From an uncultured virus (IMG/VR IMGVR_UViG_3300025168_000066) (lineage: Duplodnaviria; Heunggongvirae; Uroviricota; Caudoviricetes): a stretch of 64,000 bases of DNA. The translations under genes were made by a program, and so were the position numbers. The stretch lies in the IMG/VR virus record IMGVR_UViG_3300025168_000066. One strand, written 5' to 3'. Under the pieces are notes generated by a model that was not told the origin of the DNA, did not search any database, and was given only the letters and a program-made list of their open reading frames with translations. Position 1 is the stretch's first letter. Each line of letters begins with the position of its first letter. Shown here one piece after another: positions 37,530 through 47,362 of this stretch.

Positions 37530-40500
37530 TTATCTGTGTACTTTCCGTGCCCCTACAGATGTAGAGTACAAATTTAGTAAATTATTTTGTTTATTGTCAT
37601 ATATTAGACGTATTCCTAACCACTTGTCCATAAATTTTCTTTGTTTATCCCATGTTTTAGCCATATTTAAGTATGCTCCATTTGGAGTTTCTACCATACC
37701 TGCTACATCAAACATACTATTTGTAGAAGAAGTTGTTTCAGTACCTGTATTAGTTCCTCCTAGTATATTAATGTTAGGAGACATATAATAAGGAGTAGTA
37801 TTAGTAGTTAATGCTGCCATATCTCTAAACTGATTAATAGTCCAGCTATTGCCAACTCTTCTAGTATTTATTAAATATTCTATTTCAGTAGTTCCTGATG
37901 CTTGTAATGTATTGTATAAAAAGAAGTCAGTAAATCCATGTTCTAATATATTAACATTAGCCTGATTAAATGTTTCTGCTACATAACTTATATTAGAAGT
38001 TAATGTGTCTATACTTTTATTTTCATTATGTATAAACTCTACTTCAAAATTTACATATAAAGTAGCAGCAAGTCCTGTTCCTCCATCTTGATATAGTATA
38101 CCTCTATTTGTTTCTGAGTTATGTTTCCATATACCAGCATTACCAAACGTTGTATTAGTCAATGAAGAGTTTACAGGTCTTTCGTACTGATCTGTTAAAG
38201 AGTAAAAATCTGTAGAAGTATTAAAATATATATGTGGTATATAATCATGGAAACTAGTCCAAGTATTTGCTTCCGGTGAATATGATATAGTCCATCCTCC
38301 TGGATCAAAATACTGTCGATTTGACCATTCTATCCTAGCTCCAGTAGAAGTAATTTTAAATAAATTTCCAACAGGATCAAAACTAATGTCTGAGCTATTT
38401 AAAATAAATTGTGGTGTAGGTGTGTATTCTCTTTTAGTAAGAATAATTCTTCTATTTTTAGGGTCCCATATAGATGTAAATCCAAATCCAAATATAGGAT
38501 TGTCATAAATATTTATAAATCCATACAACTCTAAAACAAACGGAAGGTTTTCTTTAAACCAAGATTCCATACCAATTGCACTTATTTCTTGCAGGTTTTC
38601 TCCCATTAAAAATACTTTTCTTGACTTAGCATCTACAAAGAAATATCCATGTCTTGTAGTTATAGCTGCCCATTGAGAACTAGTACCCCCATATCCTCCT
38701 TTTGTTTGAATTATTTCATTTGGCTCTTGTGCAAATATATCTCCGCTTCCTACAAAAGCGTCACTACCATCTTTCATAGACATTGTTTGTTTACCTTGCG
38801 CAGCAAATAAACTTTCTTGCATGTGAAAATAAAGAAGATTATTAAATGAAGACAACTTCCATAAATCTCCTCTGTTTTTAGGTAAGTCTTTAAATTGGTT
38901 TGCTAAAAATATTCTATAATTATCTATTAAACTAGTAGCATCTGCTTTTGTACTTCTTACTGTTCGTGTAGGAAAATCATCTTGCAGTACTTGCTTTAAA
39001 GGTAATGGAAATGCAGTTCTTATATTATTAAGCTCTGAATAATTATCATTATATCTAGAATTTTCTTTGCTAGTAAAATCTTTAACTCCTACATATTCTA
39101 ATATTTTTGAAGCAGGAGTACCTGGAAAATACGAACTATTAGAATCTTGTGTGTGTCTAAAATTTACATTATCTGTGCTTTCAACAATATGATAATAAAC
39201 AGCTCTTTCTGGATTTGAATCAACGTCTGGATTACTAGGTTTTAAAGCAGTGCTAACTCCATATCTACAAATATATGTATCTCCTCCAAATATACCTTCA
39301 TGCACTTCTCCGTTAACTGTTGTTAAAGAATCTGTTTTAAAATGTGCGCTACTATGCCCTAGTTTAAAATAATCTAAATCGTCTCCTAATACTTCAAATC
39401 CTGTCCATATTAAATCTTGACTGTCTATAGATTTATACACATCTGTTTTAAACGCTTTAAGATTTATAATAAGATCTTGACTTTTTGAATTACCTCCAGT
39501 TCCGGCCCACGGCAATGGATTTGTTAATAAAGGTTCTCCTGTTCCAATTACTCCATACTGACCTGCATTAGGAAAACTATTACTACCAGTCCATCCTGCA
39601 GTCGTATAAGGTCTATTACGAGCTAAACTTACAGGTATTTCGTGATTATCTTTTAATGCAAATAGTATAGAACTTTCTCCAAACTCATTAAACAATTTAC
39701 CTCCAAATCCTAAAGCTTCTCCTTCAAATATTGAATCTCCTGGTAAATATGTTTTAGCTTTTTGATTTAATACTCTTGGTTGCATTGTATTAAAAACACT
39801 GTTATATATATTACCTATTAAAATACAAGATTTAATATCTTGTGGGTAACAATTAAATTCTGTGTCCCATCCCCACTTTTCCTCAAGTTTGTTTGGAGTA
39901 GTAGTTGTATCTAACACAGTAACCATCTTTTTTTCTTGCTCTATTTTAGGGCCTTGCCAAGCAAAGTTTCTAGTTTTATATTGAACATCAATATGTGTAG
40001 CAGAAGCTAAACTATTATGACTTCTTAATAAACTAAAATCATGAAAACTAAATACTTTATATCCAAAATCATTACTAATAGAAGTAGTAGCGTTTAATTG
40101 CATTTGAGGATATGTTCCATATTCTGTAATACTTTTACCAAAAGCTTCTATGTTCCAAAAGTTTTCTTTTTCATTTTTTAAAGTTTGCAATATTGCTAAT
40201 GAATTCTCAACATTATTACTTGCTAAAGCTTCTCTACAAACTCCCATTTGAGATACTTTAGGAGTAGCAGGAATTCCCATAGATTGTCCTAAAATTGTTT
40301 TATCAGAATGATCTCTATTTGCATAATATATTCTAAACCCTTGAACTTTGTCTTGAATTTCTGGTGGTATTCTTAAATCATTTAACTCAAACCCTAGTAT
40401 ATCAACATCATGAGAAATTTTTGCATCATTATAATCTCCTTGTGGTATACTGGCTGCAGTACTGTTTATTCTAAAAGTTATAAAACTTTTACAAATCATG

Positions 40501-42830
40501 TATTCCATTGATCCTCCTAAACTTCCATTTCCACAATCCCATTGTGGATCATAATATTTATTAACATTTGGAAAACACCCTCCAAGCAACCCATCATTTA
40601 CTTGCTCAGGCATATTAGATTGAACACAATCATCGTTTCCACCTCCTGTGTTTGTTATTACACTTTCCAACCAAATGCTTTCTCCATTCTCTAAAACAAC
40701 AGACATATTTCTTTCTTTGTTATAGTCATCTCTTGATCCAGCACAACTTCCTGTTCCAAAGCTACTAATTGTATCATCACCTAATGTATGATTACCAGGA
40801 CCTAAACTGCTAGCATTAGTTCTACATCGTGTATGTACATTTTTAATACTAGCAACTAAACCAACTAGATTTTGATGAAACCAAACATTAAACATAATAT
40901 CTACTGTCATTTGTTGATCAGCTGTAAATGTATCATTACTAGTAAAAAGATTAGCAGCTGCTTGTTGATGGACTGAACTTATAATATTATTTCCACTCCA
41001 ATAACCTGTACTAAAACTAGGAGGAGGATAGCTAGGTATATTATATCTATATCTAGTGTAATTACCATTATGAGTAAGCTCTCGTTCATCATAGTTGTCT
41101 TCATCCCACTGCCAAACTAATTCTATATTATTGTAAAGTAATGGTTGACCAGGAGTTGTCATCGATCCTTTTGTTTCACAATTGTCTGAAACAATACTTT
41201 TACGAGCACTATTTTTATTAGATGGAAAATGATGATGCCTAACTCTTTTACCTTTTAAATCGCTTCCAGTATATCCTGTATTATCCCATATTTCATAGTC
41301 ATCTGTATTAGGATATAGTTCAGTAGCATTTTGCCAAAAATTCATTTGTCTATGATTGCTCCATGAAGCACCTGGATGTAAAGCTGTTCTATCTAAAAAA
41401 TGAAAATTCTTTGCGTATTTTCTATTTAATTTATAAAGATCTGACCATAGCTGCCCACTTAAACCTCCTCCTGCAGTTCTTATTTCTTCTGTTAATCCTG
41501 GTCTTCCTGGTATATGATATGCATAAGACATACTACCATCATTTAATATAAATGCAATATAAAAAGCATATATTTCATCTCTCATATATCCTTTAAACTT
41601 AAATATATTAGGTTGGTATCTATATGATTTTGTATTGTCTACAGATTGTTCCGCCCCATTATACTCATCTACTCTAGTATTATTAAACCCTGTATTTAAA
41701 CCATCAATTGTAGCATAGTACTCATCAAAATTTTCTATAGTTTTAGTTACAGAATGTAGCTTTATATCATTAGCATATTTTTGATAGCCTAAATCTTGAT
41801 TACTAGTTAAATTTCCTAAATATAAAACATTATCTAGTTGTTGAATTGTTTTAGCTGTGTCATAAGAAACTGTGTCAATAATAACTTCTTCTACTGATGC
41901 AGGACTAGAGCCTTCTATACCACTAAAAGTTACATCTATAGTTGATCCAAATATTTCTACATCATTTAATCTAAATCCTTCTGTAGCATCTCCCATTTTT
42001 CTAATAACTACAGGCTTTAAATATTTATAATCTGTATTAAGATTATTAATTTTCCATTTAATTGCTTTAGTTGTTTGACTAGATTCTTTAGCCCCATCTT
42101 TTTTAGTAGTAGGCCTAGTAAAATCAAACTCATCTACAATAGATATAGGGTTAGATACAGTTACAAAATTAGTAGCTACAAAATCATCATCTACATATGC
42201 TAAAGCTAAATAATAAACAGCTGTTAATAATCCCCCACCTTCAAGAACAGAAGATTGATGTGTAATTAAAGAGTCTAATTCTATATGCGGTACAGCTCCA
42301 GAATGTGGAAATAAATTTAAAAGCTTTATATCAGCTCCTATAGTACCATATAATCTACTTACAAGTGTTCCGCTTTCTCGTATCTGTCTATCTACATTAA
42401 ATGCTCTAGGCGGATTTAAATCATCTGTAAAGTACACAACAAGATCTCCTTTAGAATCTATTTTAAATGTTCCTTCTATTGGATTGCTTTCTTGAAAATT
42501 TAAATCTGTAGTTAAATTAGGATTAAATAATAGTGTATAAACATCATTTTCCCAAATACCTATTTCACTTCTACCAGGAATGTTTACAACATCTTTTACA
42601 AAAAGGATTACTCGATTATCATTAACTTCTATCTTCCCAATAACTTTATCATTCTGTGCACCTGTAATAGGATTATTTCCTAAATGCCCAGCAATCTCAT
42701 TACCTCCTTCGTTAGAAATAGATCCTTTCTTGTTATTAGTAATAGCATTTTTAGCATACCTCCATGAGCCTTCTGGCTGATCGATGTGTGCTGTATCTTT
42801 AAATAATCCTTTTATAAATCGTTTATCCAT
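37530..42830 (-). CDS. Tail stabilisation / muzzle protein (P22 gp10-like)
   Basis: N-terminus FIKGLFKD...P...W.YA.N, VYFTDDLNPPR, FGGDTYI, W.SFHDY.P; canonical position after the IHF-like and tail tubular genes. Confidence 0.8.
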   Translation of the reverse strand: MDKRFIKGLFKDTAHIDQPEGSWRYAKNAITNNKKGSISNEGGNEIAGHLGNNPITGAQNDKVIGKIEVNDNRVILFVKDVVNIPGRSEIGIWENDVYTLLFNPNLTTDLNFQESNPIEGTFKIDSKGDLVVYFTDDLNPPRAFNVDRQIRESGTLVSRLYGTIGADIKLLNLFPHSGAVPHIELDSLITHQSSVLEGGGLLTAVYYLALAYVDDDFVATNFVTVSNPISIVDEFDFTRPTTKKDGAKESSQTTKAIKWKINNLNTDYKYLKPVVIRKMGDATEGFRLNDVEIFGSTIDVTFSGIEGSSPASVEEVIIDTVSYDTAKTIQQLDNVLYLGNLTSNQDLGYQKYANDIKLHSVTKTIENFDEYYATIDGLNTGFNNTRVDEYNGAEQSVDNTKSYRYQPNIFKFKGYMRDEIYAFYIAFILNDGSMSYAYHIPGRPGLTEEIRTAGGGLSGQLWSDLYKLNRKYAKNFHFLDRTALHPGASWSNHRQMNFWQNATELYPNTDDYEIWDNTGYTGSDLKGKRVRHHHFPSNKNSARKSIVSDNCETKGSMTTPGQPLLYNNIELVWQWDEDNYDERELTHNGNYTRYRYNIPSYPPPSFSTGYWSGNNIISSVHQQAAANLFTSNDTFTADQQMTVDIMFNVWFHQNLVGLVASIKNVHTRCRTNASSLGPGNHTLGDDTISSFGTGSCAGSRDDYNKERNMSVVLENGESIWLESVITNTGGGNDDCVQSNMPEQVNDGLLGGCFPNVNKYYDPQWDCGNGSLGGSMEYMICKSFITFRINSTAASIPQGDYNDAKISHDVDILGFELNDLRIPPEIQDKVQGFRIYYANRDHSDKTILGQSMGIPATPKVSQMGVCREALASNNVENSLAILQTLKNEKENFWNIEAFGKSITEYGTYPQMQLNATTSISNDFGYKVFSFHDFSLLRSHNSLASATHIDVQYKTRNFAWQGPKIEQEKKMVTVLDTTTTPNKLEEKWGWDTEFNCYPQDIKSCILIGNIYNSVFNTMQPRVLNQKAKTYLPGDSIFEGEALGFGGKLFNEFGESSILFALKDNHEIPVSLARNRPYTTAGWTGSNSFPNAGQYGVIGTGEPLLTNPLPWAGTGGNSKSQDLIINLKAFKTDVYKSIDSQDLIWTGFEVLGDDLDYFKLGHSSAHFKTDSLTTVNGEVHEGIFGGDTYICRYGVSTALKPSNPDVDSNPERAVYYHIVESTDNVNFRHTQDSNSSYFPGTPASKILEYVGVKDFTSKENSRYNDNYSELNNIRTAFPLPLKQVLQDDFPTRTVRSTKADATSLIDNYRIFLANQFKDLPKNRGDLWKLSSFNNLLYFHMQESLFAAQGKQTMSMKDGSDAFVGSGDIFAQEPNEIIQTKGGYGGTSSQWAAITTRHGYFFVDAKSRKVFLMGENLQEISAIGMESWFKENLPFVLELYGFINIYDNPIFGFGFTSIWDPKNRRIILTKREYTPTPQFILNSSDISFDPVGNLFKITSTGARIEWSNRQYFDPGGWTISYSPEANTWTSFHDYIPHIYFNTSTDFYSLTDQYERPVNSSLTNTTFGNAGIWKHNSETNRGILYQDGGTGLAATLYVNFEVEFIHNENKSIDTLTSNISYVAETFNQANVNILEHGFTDFFLYNTLQASGTTEIEYLINTRRVGNSWTINQFRDMAALTTNTTPYYMSPNINILGGTNTGTETTSSTNSMFDVAGMVETPNGAYLNMAKTWDKQRKFMDKWLGIRLIYDNKQNNLLNLYSTSVGARKVHR

Positions 42831-43714
42831 TAGTTTCTATATAAGTCCTCTCTAGTATTTAATTGTTCAAACCCTACATCATGCCTATTTATATTAGGAA
42901 TGAGTCTTACCCACTGATTCATAAATGATTCATATTTATCTATGTCTGGGAAATTAGCTGCATTTCTAGCTTGAGTACAATAGTACTTCCACTGCTGTTC
43001 TGCAAACGAATAGTTAATACCATTCTTTTTAAACTCAGGTCTAGATAATAAAATCTTTTTATATATGTACCAAAACAATGCTTCAGAATAGCTTATATCA
43101 TCTGGAACTAGTGGATAACAATCTTCGTCTGTTGGAAATGCCATGTAACTTAAACATATTTTACCTGTATGAAAAGATGTTTTTATGTAGTCATTATCTA
43201 CTATATACGTATCTTCATAGGCAACGTTTTCATTTACACAATTTTCACAATGCATACTTCTATGAAAATTACTTGCTCCATATTGTAAAGGTTGTAGTGT
43301 GTTTTGATTTTTAAAATAGACATTTTCTAATACTACTATTCTACTGTTAATTTCATTTAAAACTGATGTTGTACTTGAATACTCTATTCCATTTGCTTGT
43401 GCATCTATTATTTGATCTTGCAGTTCTTTTACTTTACCTATTAAAGAATCTAATTCTTTTTCAGAAACTGGAGATACTGCATCATTTATAGCTACTTGAT
43501 TAATATAATATAAATCTGTAGGTAATAATACTTTATGATCTTTTATATTTAATACACATTGTTTTTGTAATAATTGAGAAGCAGCACCTATATGCTCTAA
43601 AGCTTCTCCTACCCATTCAATAGCATCATCAATCCAATTATCATCTTGAGGTTTTAAATCTCTAAAGATTTTTCTTATTATTGTCTTACTAGATTTTGTT
43701 TTATATACTGCCAT
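42830..43714 (-). CDS. Tail tubular / ring protein
   Basis: IEWVGEAL..IG, LP.DL, Y.AFPTDE...PL.PDD; synteny with the crAss-like IHF-Ttub-Tstab block. Confidence 0.7.
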   Translation of the reverse strand: MAVYKTKSSKTIIRKIFRDLKPQDDNWIDDAIEWVGEALEHIGAASQLLQKQCVLNIKDHKVLLPTDLYYINQVAINDAVSPVSEKELDSLIGKVKELQDQIIDAQANGIEYSSTTSVLNEINSRIVVLENVYFKNQNTLQPLQYGASNFHRSMHCENCVNENVAYEDTYIVDNDYIKTSFHTGKICLSYMAFPTDEDCYPLVPDDISYSEALFWYIYKKILLSRPEFKKNGINYSFAEQQWKYYCTQARNAANFPDIDKYESFMNQWVRLIPNINRHDVGFEQLNTREDLYRN

Positions 43715-43715
43715 G

Positions 43716-44192
43716 TTAGTGCTTTTTAAATTTTAAATAAGCTAGATCATCTTGTTTTAAAAGATTAATTAGCTTTTCTTTATTTCCTTTTACGCCTCGA
43801 GTAGTGTCAAATCTATACACTGATTTATTTGGTATCTTGCATTTACCTTTCCTCCAATAGTATTTGCAATAAAATTCATCAGTGTGATAGATGTGCCACT
43901 TAACTCCTTTACTCGTTTCCGAGTTGTATAACAATTGACCGTCTTCTAGGAGTTCTTTTTTATATTTATTACTTTCTCCCCAATCTAATCTTGGCGATCT
44001 AGGATCTCTATCTCTTCTAATAATAGACAACGTAGAAAGATTATTCCCCATATTGAATTCTTTCCCGTCTAAGATATAGTCCATGATCATAATATTAAAC
44101 TCTTGTATTATATCTGTATACAAGACTTTGTTTATATCTTCATTATACTCTTCTTTGTAGTTTATATATATATCTTTAAGAGTATAATGCAT
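43716..44192 (-). CDS. IHF/HU-like protein (crAss-like conserved)
   Basis: Helical N-terminus, ILDGKEFNM..NL.TLSI beta-arm, basic; synteny. Confidence 0.55.
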   Translation of the reverse strand: MHYTLKDIYINYKEEYNEDINKVLYTDIIQEFNIMIMDYILDGKEFNMGNNLSTLSIIRRDRDPRSPRLDWGESNKYKKELLEDGQLLYNSETSKGVKWHIYHTDEFYCKYYWRKGKCKIPNKSVYRFDTTRGVKGNKEKLINLLKQDDLAYLKFKKH

Positions 44193-44193
44193 T

Positions 44194-44601
44194 TTACAAA
44201 TCGTCTAAGTTTGGTGTTTTAGGCTCTAAAAATCCTCCAGACTTATACATCATTTTACCTCCCATACCTTTTTTATCTTTCATTGCTGTACCTCCATACA
44301 TTTTTTTCTTTTTCTTAACTCCGCCTTTCTTTGCTATAGTACCGTTTTCTTTTTTCTTTAAGAAAATGTCTGCTTGTGTAGTTTTTCCATCACCATTCAT
44401 ATCAGGAAATCCTCCTTTCTTTTTTAATTTCATTGTTTTATTTTTTAGTCCTCCCATTTTATTTTCACTGTTAATTTTATCTTCTTGTTCTAACATTTCA
44501 CTAGTAGGTTTTTTACCACTACCTCTATTTGCTCTAATGTTATCCCAAAGCCCTCGTTTTGAATAAGAGCCATCTGCTCTTTTTATTAATTTTTGTCCCA
44601 T
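44194..44601 (-). CDS. Small Lys-rich protein with repeated xxGG motifs
   Basis: RGLWDNIRANR, FPDMNGDGKTTQADI (DxNxDG loop), six K/M/Y-x-GG motifs. Confidence 0.65.
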   Translation of the reverse strand: MGQKLIKRADGSYSKRGLWDNIRANRGSGKKPTSEMLEQEDKINSENKMGGLKNKTMKLKKKGGFPDMNGDGKTTQADIFLKKKENGTIAKKGGVKKKKKMYGGTAMKDKKGMGGKMMYKSGGFLEPKTPNLDDL

Positions 44602-44603
44602 TT

Positions 44604-45296
44604 TTATTTACTTTTAGTTTGTGGTTGTGTAACATCTTGCATACGATCATTAGTTGTATCACTTTTTGTGCTAGACAAAAGTGCTAATTCTCCTGCTAAT
44701 ATACCTTGATTAATTTGACTTAACATATCCATAGGAATTGGATAATCTGTAGCGCTATCGTCGTAACATTTTTGACCGTCACAATCTCCAAACTGTGATA
44801 CTACAGCAGGGTCTTCAAATACTCCCCTAACATTAATGTATTCTAATCCTTCTGCGTTGTAAATATACAAATAATTTTCAATCATGTAAGCTTTCATTTT
44901 TTTCTTTGTATACTTATCATGAGGCAACCATTGTATAGTGTTAGATTGTACTATTGGTATTGTGCCTGTTCCTGTTACATCTCCTACATATGTAATAGCT
45001 TCTTCAAAATTGTATCTAATTGTTTTAGGTATAGCATCCATTCCTTGAGACACAATACATTCAGAAGGTAAACTACAACATTTAGTTGCATCTACTCTTT
45101 GTAGTTTAATACACCCAAGATCTTGTTCAACATGTCTACTAACAAAACCATTTTTAGTATAGTCTCTTCTTATAAACATTGCTCTATAATGTTTAATGTT
45201 AAATTTAATTTGGTCTAAAGATATATTCTCATCATTATGAGATCTACCTCCTCTAACAAGGTTTAATAAATTGTATGCTATTTCATTTAATGTCAT
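44604..45296 (-). CDS. Tail ring / structural protein (crAss-like conserved)
   Basis: MTLNEIAY...Q.LGCI.L.....CC, Y.YIYN, V.GVFEDP, YPIP; position in the tail block. Confidence 0.6.
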   Translation of the reverse strand: MTLNEIAYNLLNLVRGGRSHNDENISLDQIKFNIKHYRAMFIRRDYTKNGFVSRHVEQDLGCIKLQRVDATKCCSLPSECIVSQGMDAIPKTIRYNFEEAITYVGDVTGTGTIPIVQSNTIQWLPHDKYTKKKMKAYMIENYLYIYNAEGLEYINVRGVFEDPAVVSQFGDCDGQKCYDDSATDYPIPMDMLSQINQGILAGELALLSSTKSDTTNDRMQDVTQPQTKSK

Positions 45297-45300
45297 GGTA

Positions 45301-45693
45301 TTATTTTTTTACTTTTTCTAGTGATCTACCACCAAAGTATGCTCCAATAACTGTTATTAAAACTAACTGTAATAAATCTACCCATGAAGATTTAACTTCA
45401 AAAGAAATAACTCCAGCATCTATAAATACTAATAATACTGTTGATACTACTAAGAATATTAAAACTAATGGTCTTATATTTTTTGATAACCAAGAGTCAG
45501 ATTGCATGTCCATCTTCCATCTTTCAGTGACTTGCTTTTGCATTTCTGCTTCGTACCCCATGATCATATCTTTTATTTTTTTCTCTGCTTCAAGCTTTTC
45601 TTCTTTTGATGTGTGTAAATTATCTACAACTCCACCTATTCCTTTAATTAATTCTGTAGCTCCGCTACTAAATATTTTTGTTATTATACTCAT
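45301..45693 (-). CDS. Holin (3TM GTA-holin-like)
   Basis: RW.MDM.SDSWLSKNIRP followed by two TM helices and YFGGRS.EK. Confidence 0.8.
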   Translation of the reverse strand: MSIITKIFSSGATELIKGIGGVVDNLHTSKEEKLEAEKKIKDMIMGYEAEMQKQVTERWKMDMQSDSWLSKNIRPLVLIFLVVSTVLLVFIDAGVISFEVKSSWVDLLQLVLITVIGAYFGGRSLEKVKK

Positions 45694-46106
45694 ATCATTT
45701 TATTATTATTTTCTTGTACATAATTTACTATTACATCAACTGCACTACTTGACCCATTTAATTGTAACATTAAATCAAACTCTTGTGCATTGTAATCAAT
45801 TTCCCTAGGTTCTAAGACTAATGTATTATTAGCAGTAATTTCTATATCTTTCATTATATATAAAGTAGTAACAGTATCTGGAATTGTATCCCAGTTTCCA
45901 TCTGTTCCTGGTATATGGTAACTATACTTTGTTTTTTTTAAATATAAATCTACATACGTAGAATCTTGTGCATGAGTATTACATATTGTAAGTCCTGTAA
46001 TAAAAATGTCGTGCTCTTTATTTGCATAAATTAATGGGCATTCAGCAGTTCCTGTTAAATTTTTATGTACGTATCTTTTTGTATTAGTTATTTCATTTGA
46101 CATCAT
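45690..46106 (-). CDS. Small beta-rich virion/tail-associated protein
   Basis: ORF coupled to its neighbours; L.ICN...VDL pattern. Confidence 0.55.
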   Translation of the reverse strand: MMSNEITNTKRYVHKNLTGTAECPLIYANKEHDIFITGLTICNTHAQDSTYVDLYLKKTKYSYHIPGTDGNWDTIPDTVTTLYIMKDIEITANNTLVLEPREIDYNAQEFDLMLQLNGSSSAVDVIVNYVQENNNKMI

Positions 46107-46795
46107 TATCCAGTTTTGTCGTTTATTGCAGCTATACTACTTGCTGCTACTTCAATTACTTTACCTATACTACCTGTTGCTAATCCAGCTACTGCATGAG
46201 CATAACCACTAGCAGCGTCTGTATATACTAAGTTTATAGCACTACCAAAAGCTATGCTATTACTTACATCACCACTTGACTCTAACATATCTTCTTCTTC
46301 AGCAGCAGCATCATGAGATAAAAGCAATGCTACATTAAAATTAGATTCGTTTATAATTTGAGTAGCAGCCGCAGTATTTAAACTAAAAGTTACAGTACCA
46401 CTACTACCAAAACTTGTTGCTGAAGAATATGGTGTGTTACGATCTATATTGTTAAAGTCAGCGTTTGCAAGCTCATCACCATTACTACTACCTGCAGTAT
46501 GTTTTAGTGCTGTTGTATTAGAAAGTGAAGATGGACTACCGTTTGCACCAACCGAAGTTAACTGAAGCTGAAAGTTAGAACCACCTGATATACCAGAGGT
46601 GTCAAAGTGTATAAAAGTACGTATAAATCTAAAAGTACCACCACCTCTACCTGTATTTTTAAAATATTGTATTGCTGTTGTATTGCCGGTTTGACTATCA
46701 CCAGCTGTACCAGTTGTAGCATTAAGTGCATCTGAATAGCTACTAGAGCTTGCTCCCGTTATAGTTCCTTTTCTATTTGATGCTAATGTACCCAT
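46106..46795 (-). CDS. Ser/Thr/Gly-rich tail-associated protein
   Basis: R.FI.FDTSGI beta-sandwich-like region; located in the tail fibre cassette. Confidence 0.55.
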   Translation of the reverse strand: MGTLASNRKGTITGASSSSYSDALNATTGTAGDSQTGNTTAIQYFKNTGRGGGTFRFIRTFIHFDTSGISGGSNFQLQLTSVGANGSPSSLSNTTALKHTAGSSNGDELANADFNNIDRNTPYSSATSFGSSGTVTFSLNTAAATQIINESNFNVALLLSHDAAAEEEDMLESSGDVSNSIAFGSAINLVYTDAASGYAHAVAGLATGSIGKVIEVAASSIAAINDKTG

Positions 46796-47362
46796 TTAAA
46801 ACTGTTTTTTAGGTAAATAATAAGTGGTATAATTAAAGTAACAATTGCTAGGAGGATTTACTGTTATAGCTTCATAAGTAACATTATCAATACTATAATA
46901 ATTATTTTCACTACTAACGCTATTCCACCAAGTAACTTTAGATCCTGACTTTGTTAGCTCGGTTAAAGAATCTTTAAACTTATCCATACTGTCATCACAA
47001 AATGTATCATAAAATATACCATCATAAGTAGACAAAGAGTCTTTAACAGCATACCAATCTCCTTCTACAATTGTTACATTAGATTTTCCACTAGCCCAAG
47101 CTTTTGCTTTTTCTATTATTTGTGGGTGATTTTCAACTATAGTATGAGAAGTTATTGAATTTGCTTGTATATAATTAGCAGCTATTCCCATTCCAAATCC
47201 TATTTCTAATATATCTCCGTTACCCTCACAAACATAATCAGCTGATTTTTTCATAACACTGTCTTCCCAACTCATCATTACTTCCATTTTTATAGTGTCG
47301 TTAGCATCATTATAGTAAATCTCATCAGACTCAAATGTTAATATTTTATCTTTATAACTCAT
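46796..47362 (-). CDS. Class I SAM-dependent methyltransferase, Rmt2/guanidinoacetate-MT-like
   Basis: VMMSWE..MK..A, ILEIGFGMGI, HTIVENHP, V.IVEGDW, YDGIFYDTF. Confidence 0.8.
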   Translation of the reverse strand: MSYKDKILTFESDEIYYNDANDTIKMEVMMSWEDSVMKKSADYVCEGNGDILEIGFGMGIAANYIQANSITSHTIVENHPQIIEKAKAWASGKSNVTIVEGDWYAVKDSLSTYDGIFYDTFCDDSMDKFKDSLTELTKSGSKVTWWNSVSSENNYYSIDNVTYEAITVNPPSNCYFNYTTYYLPKKQF

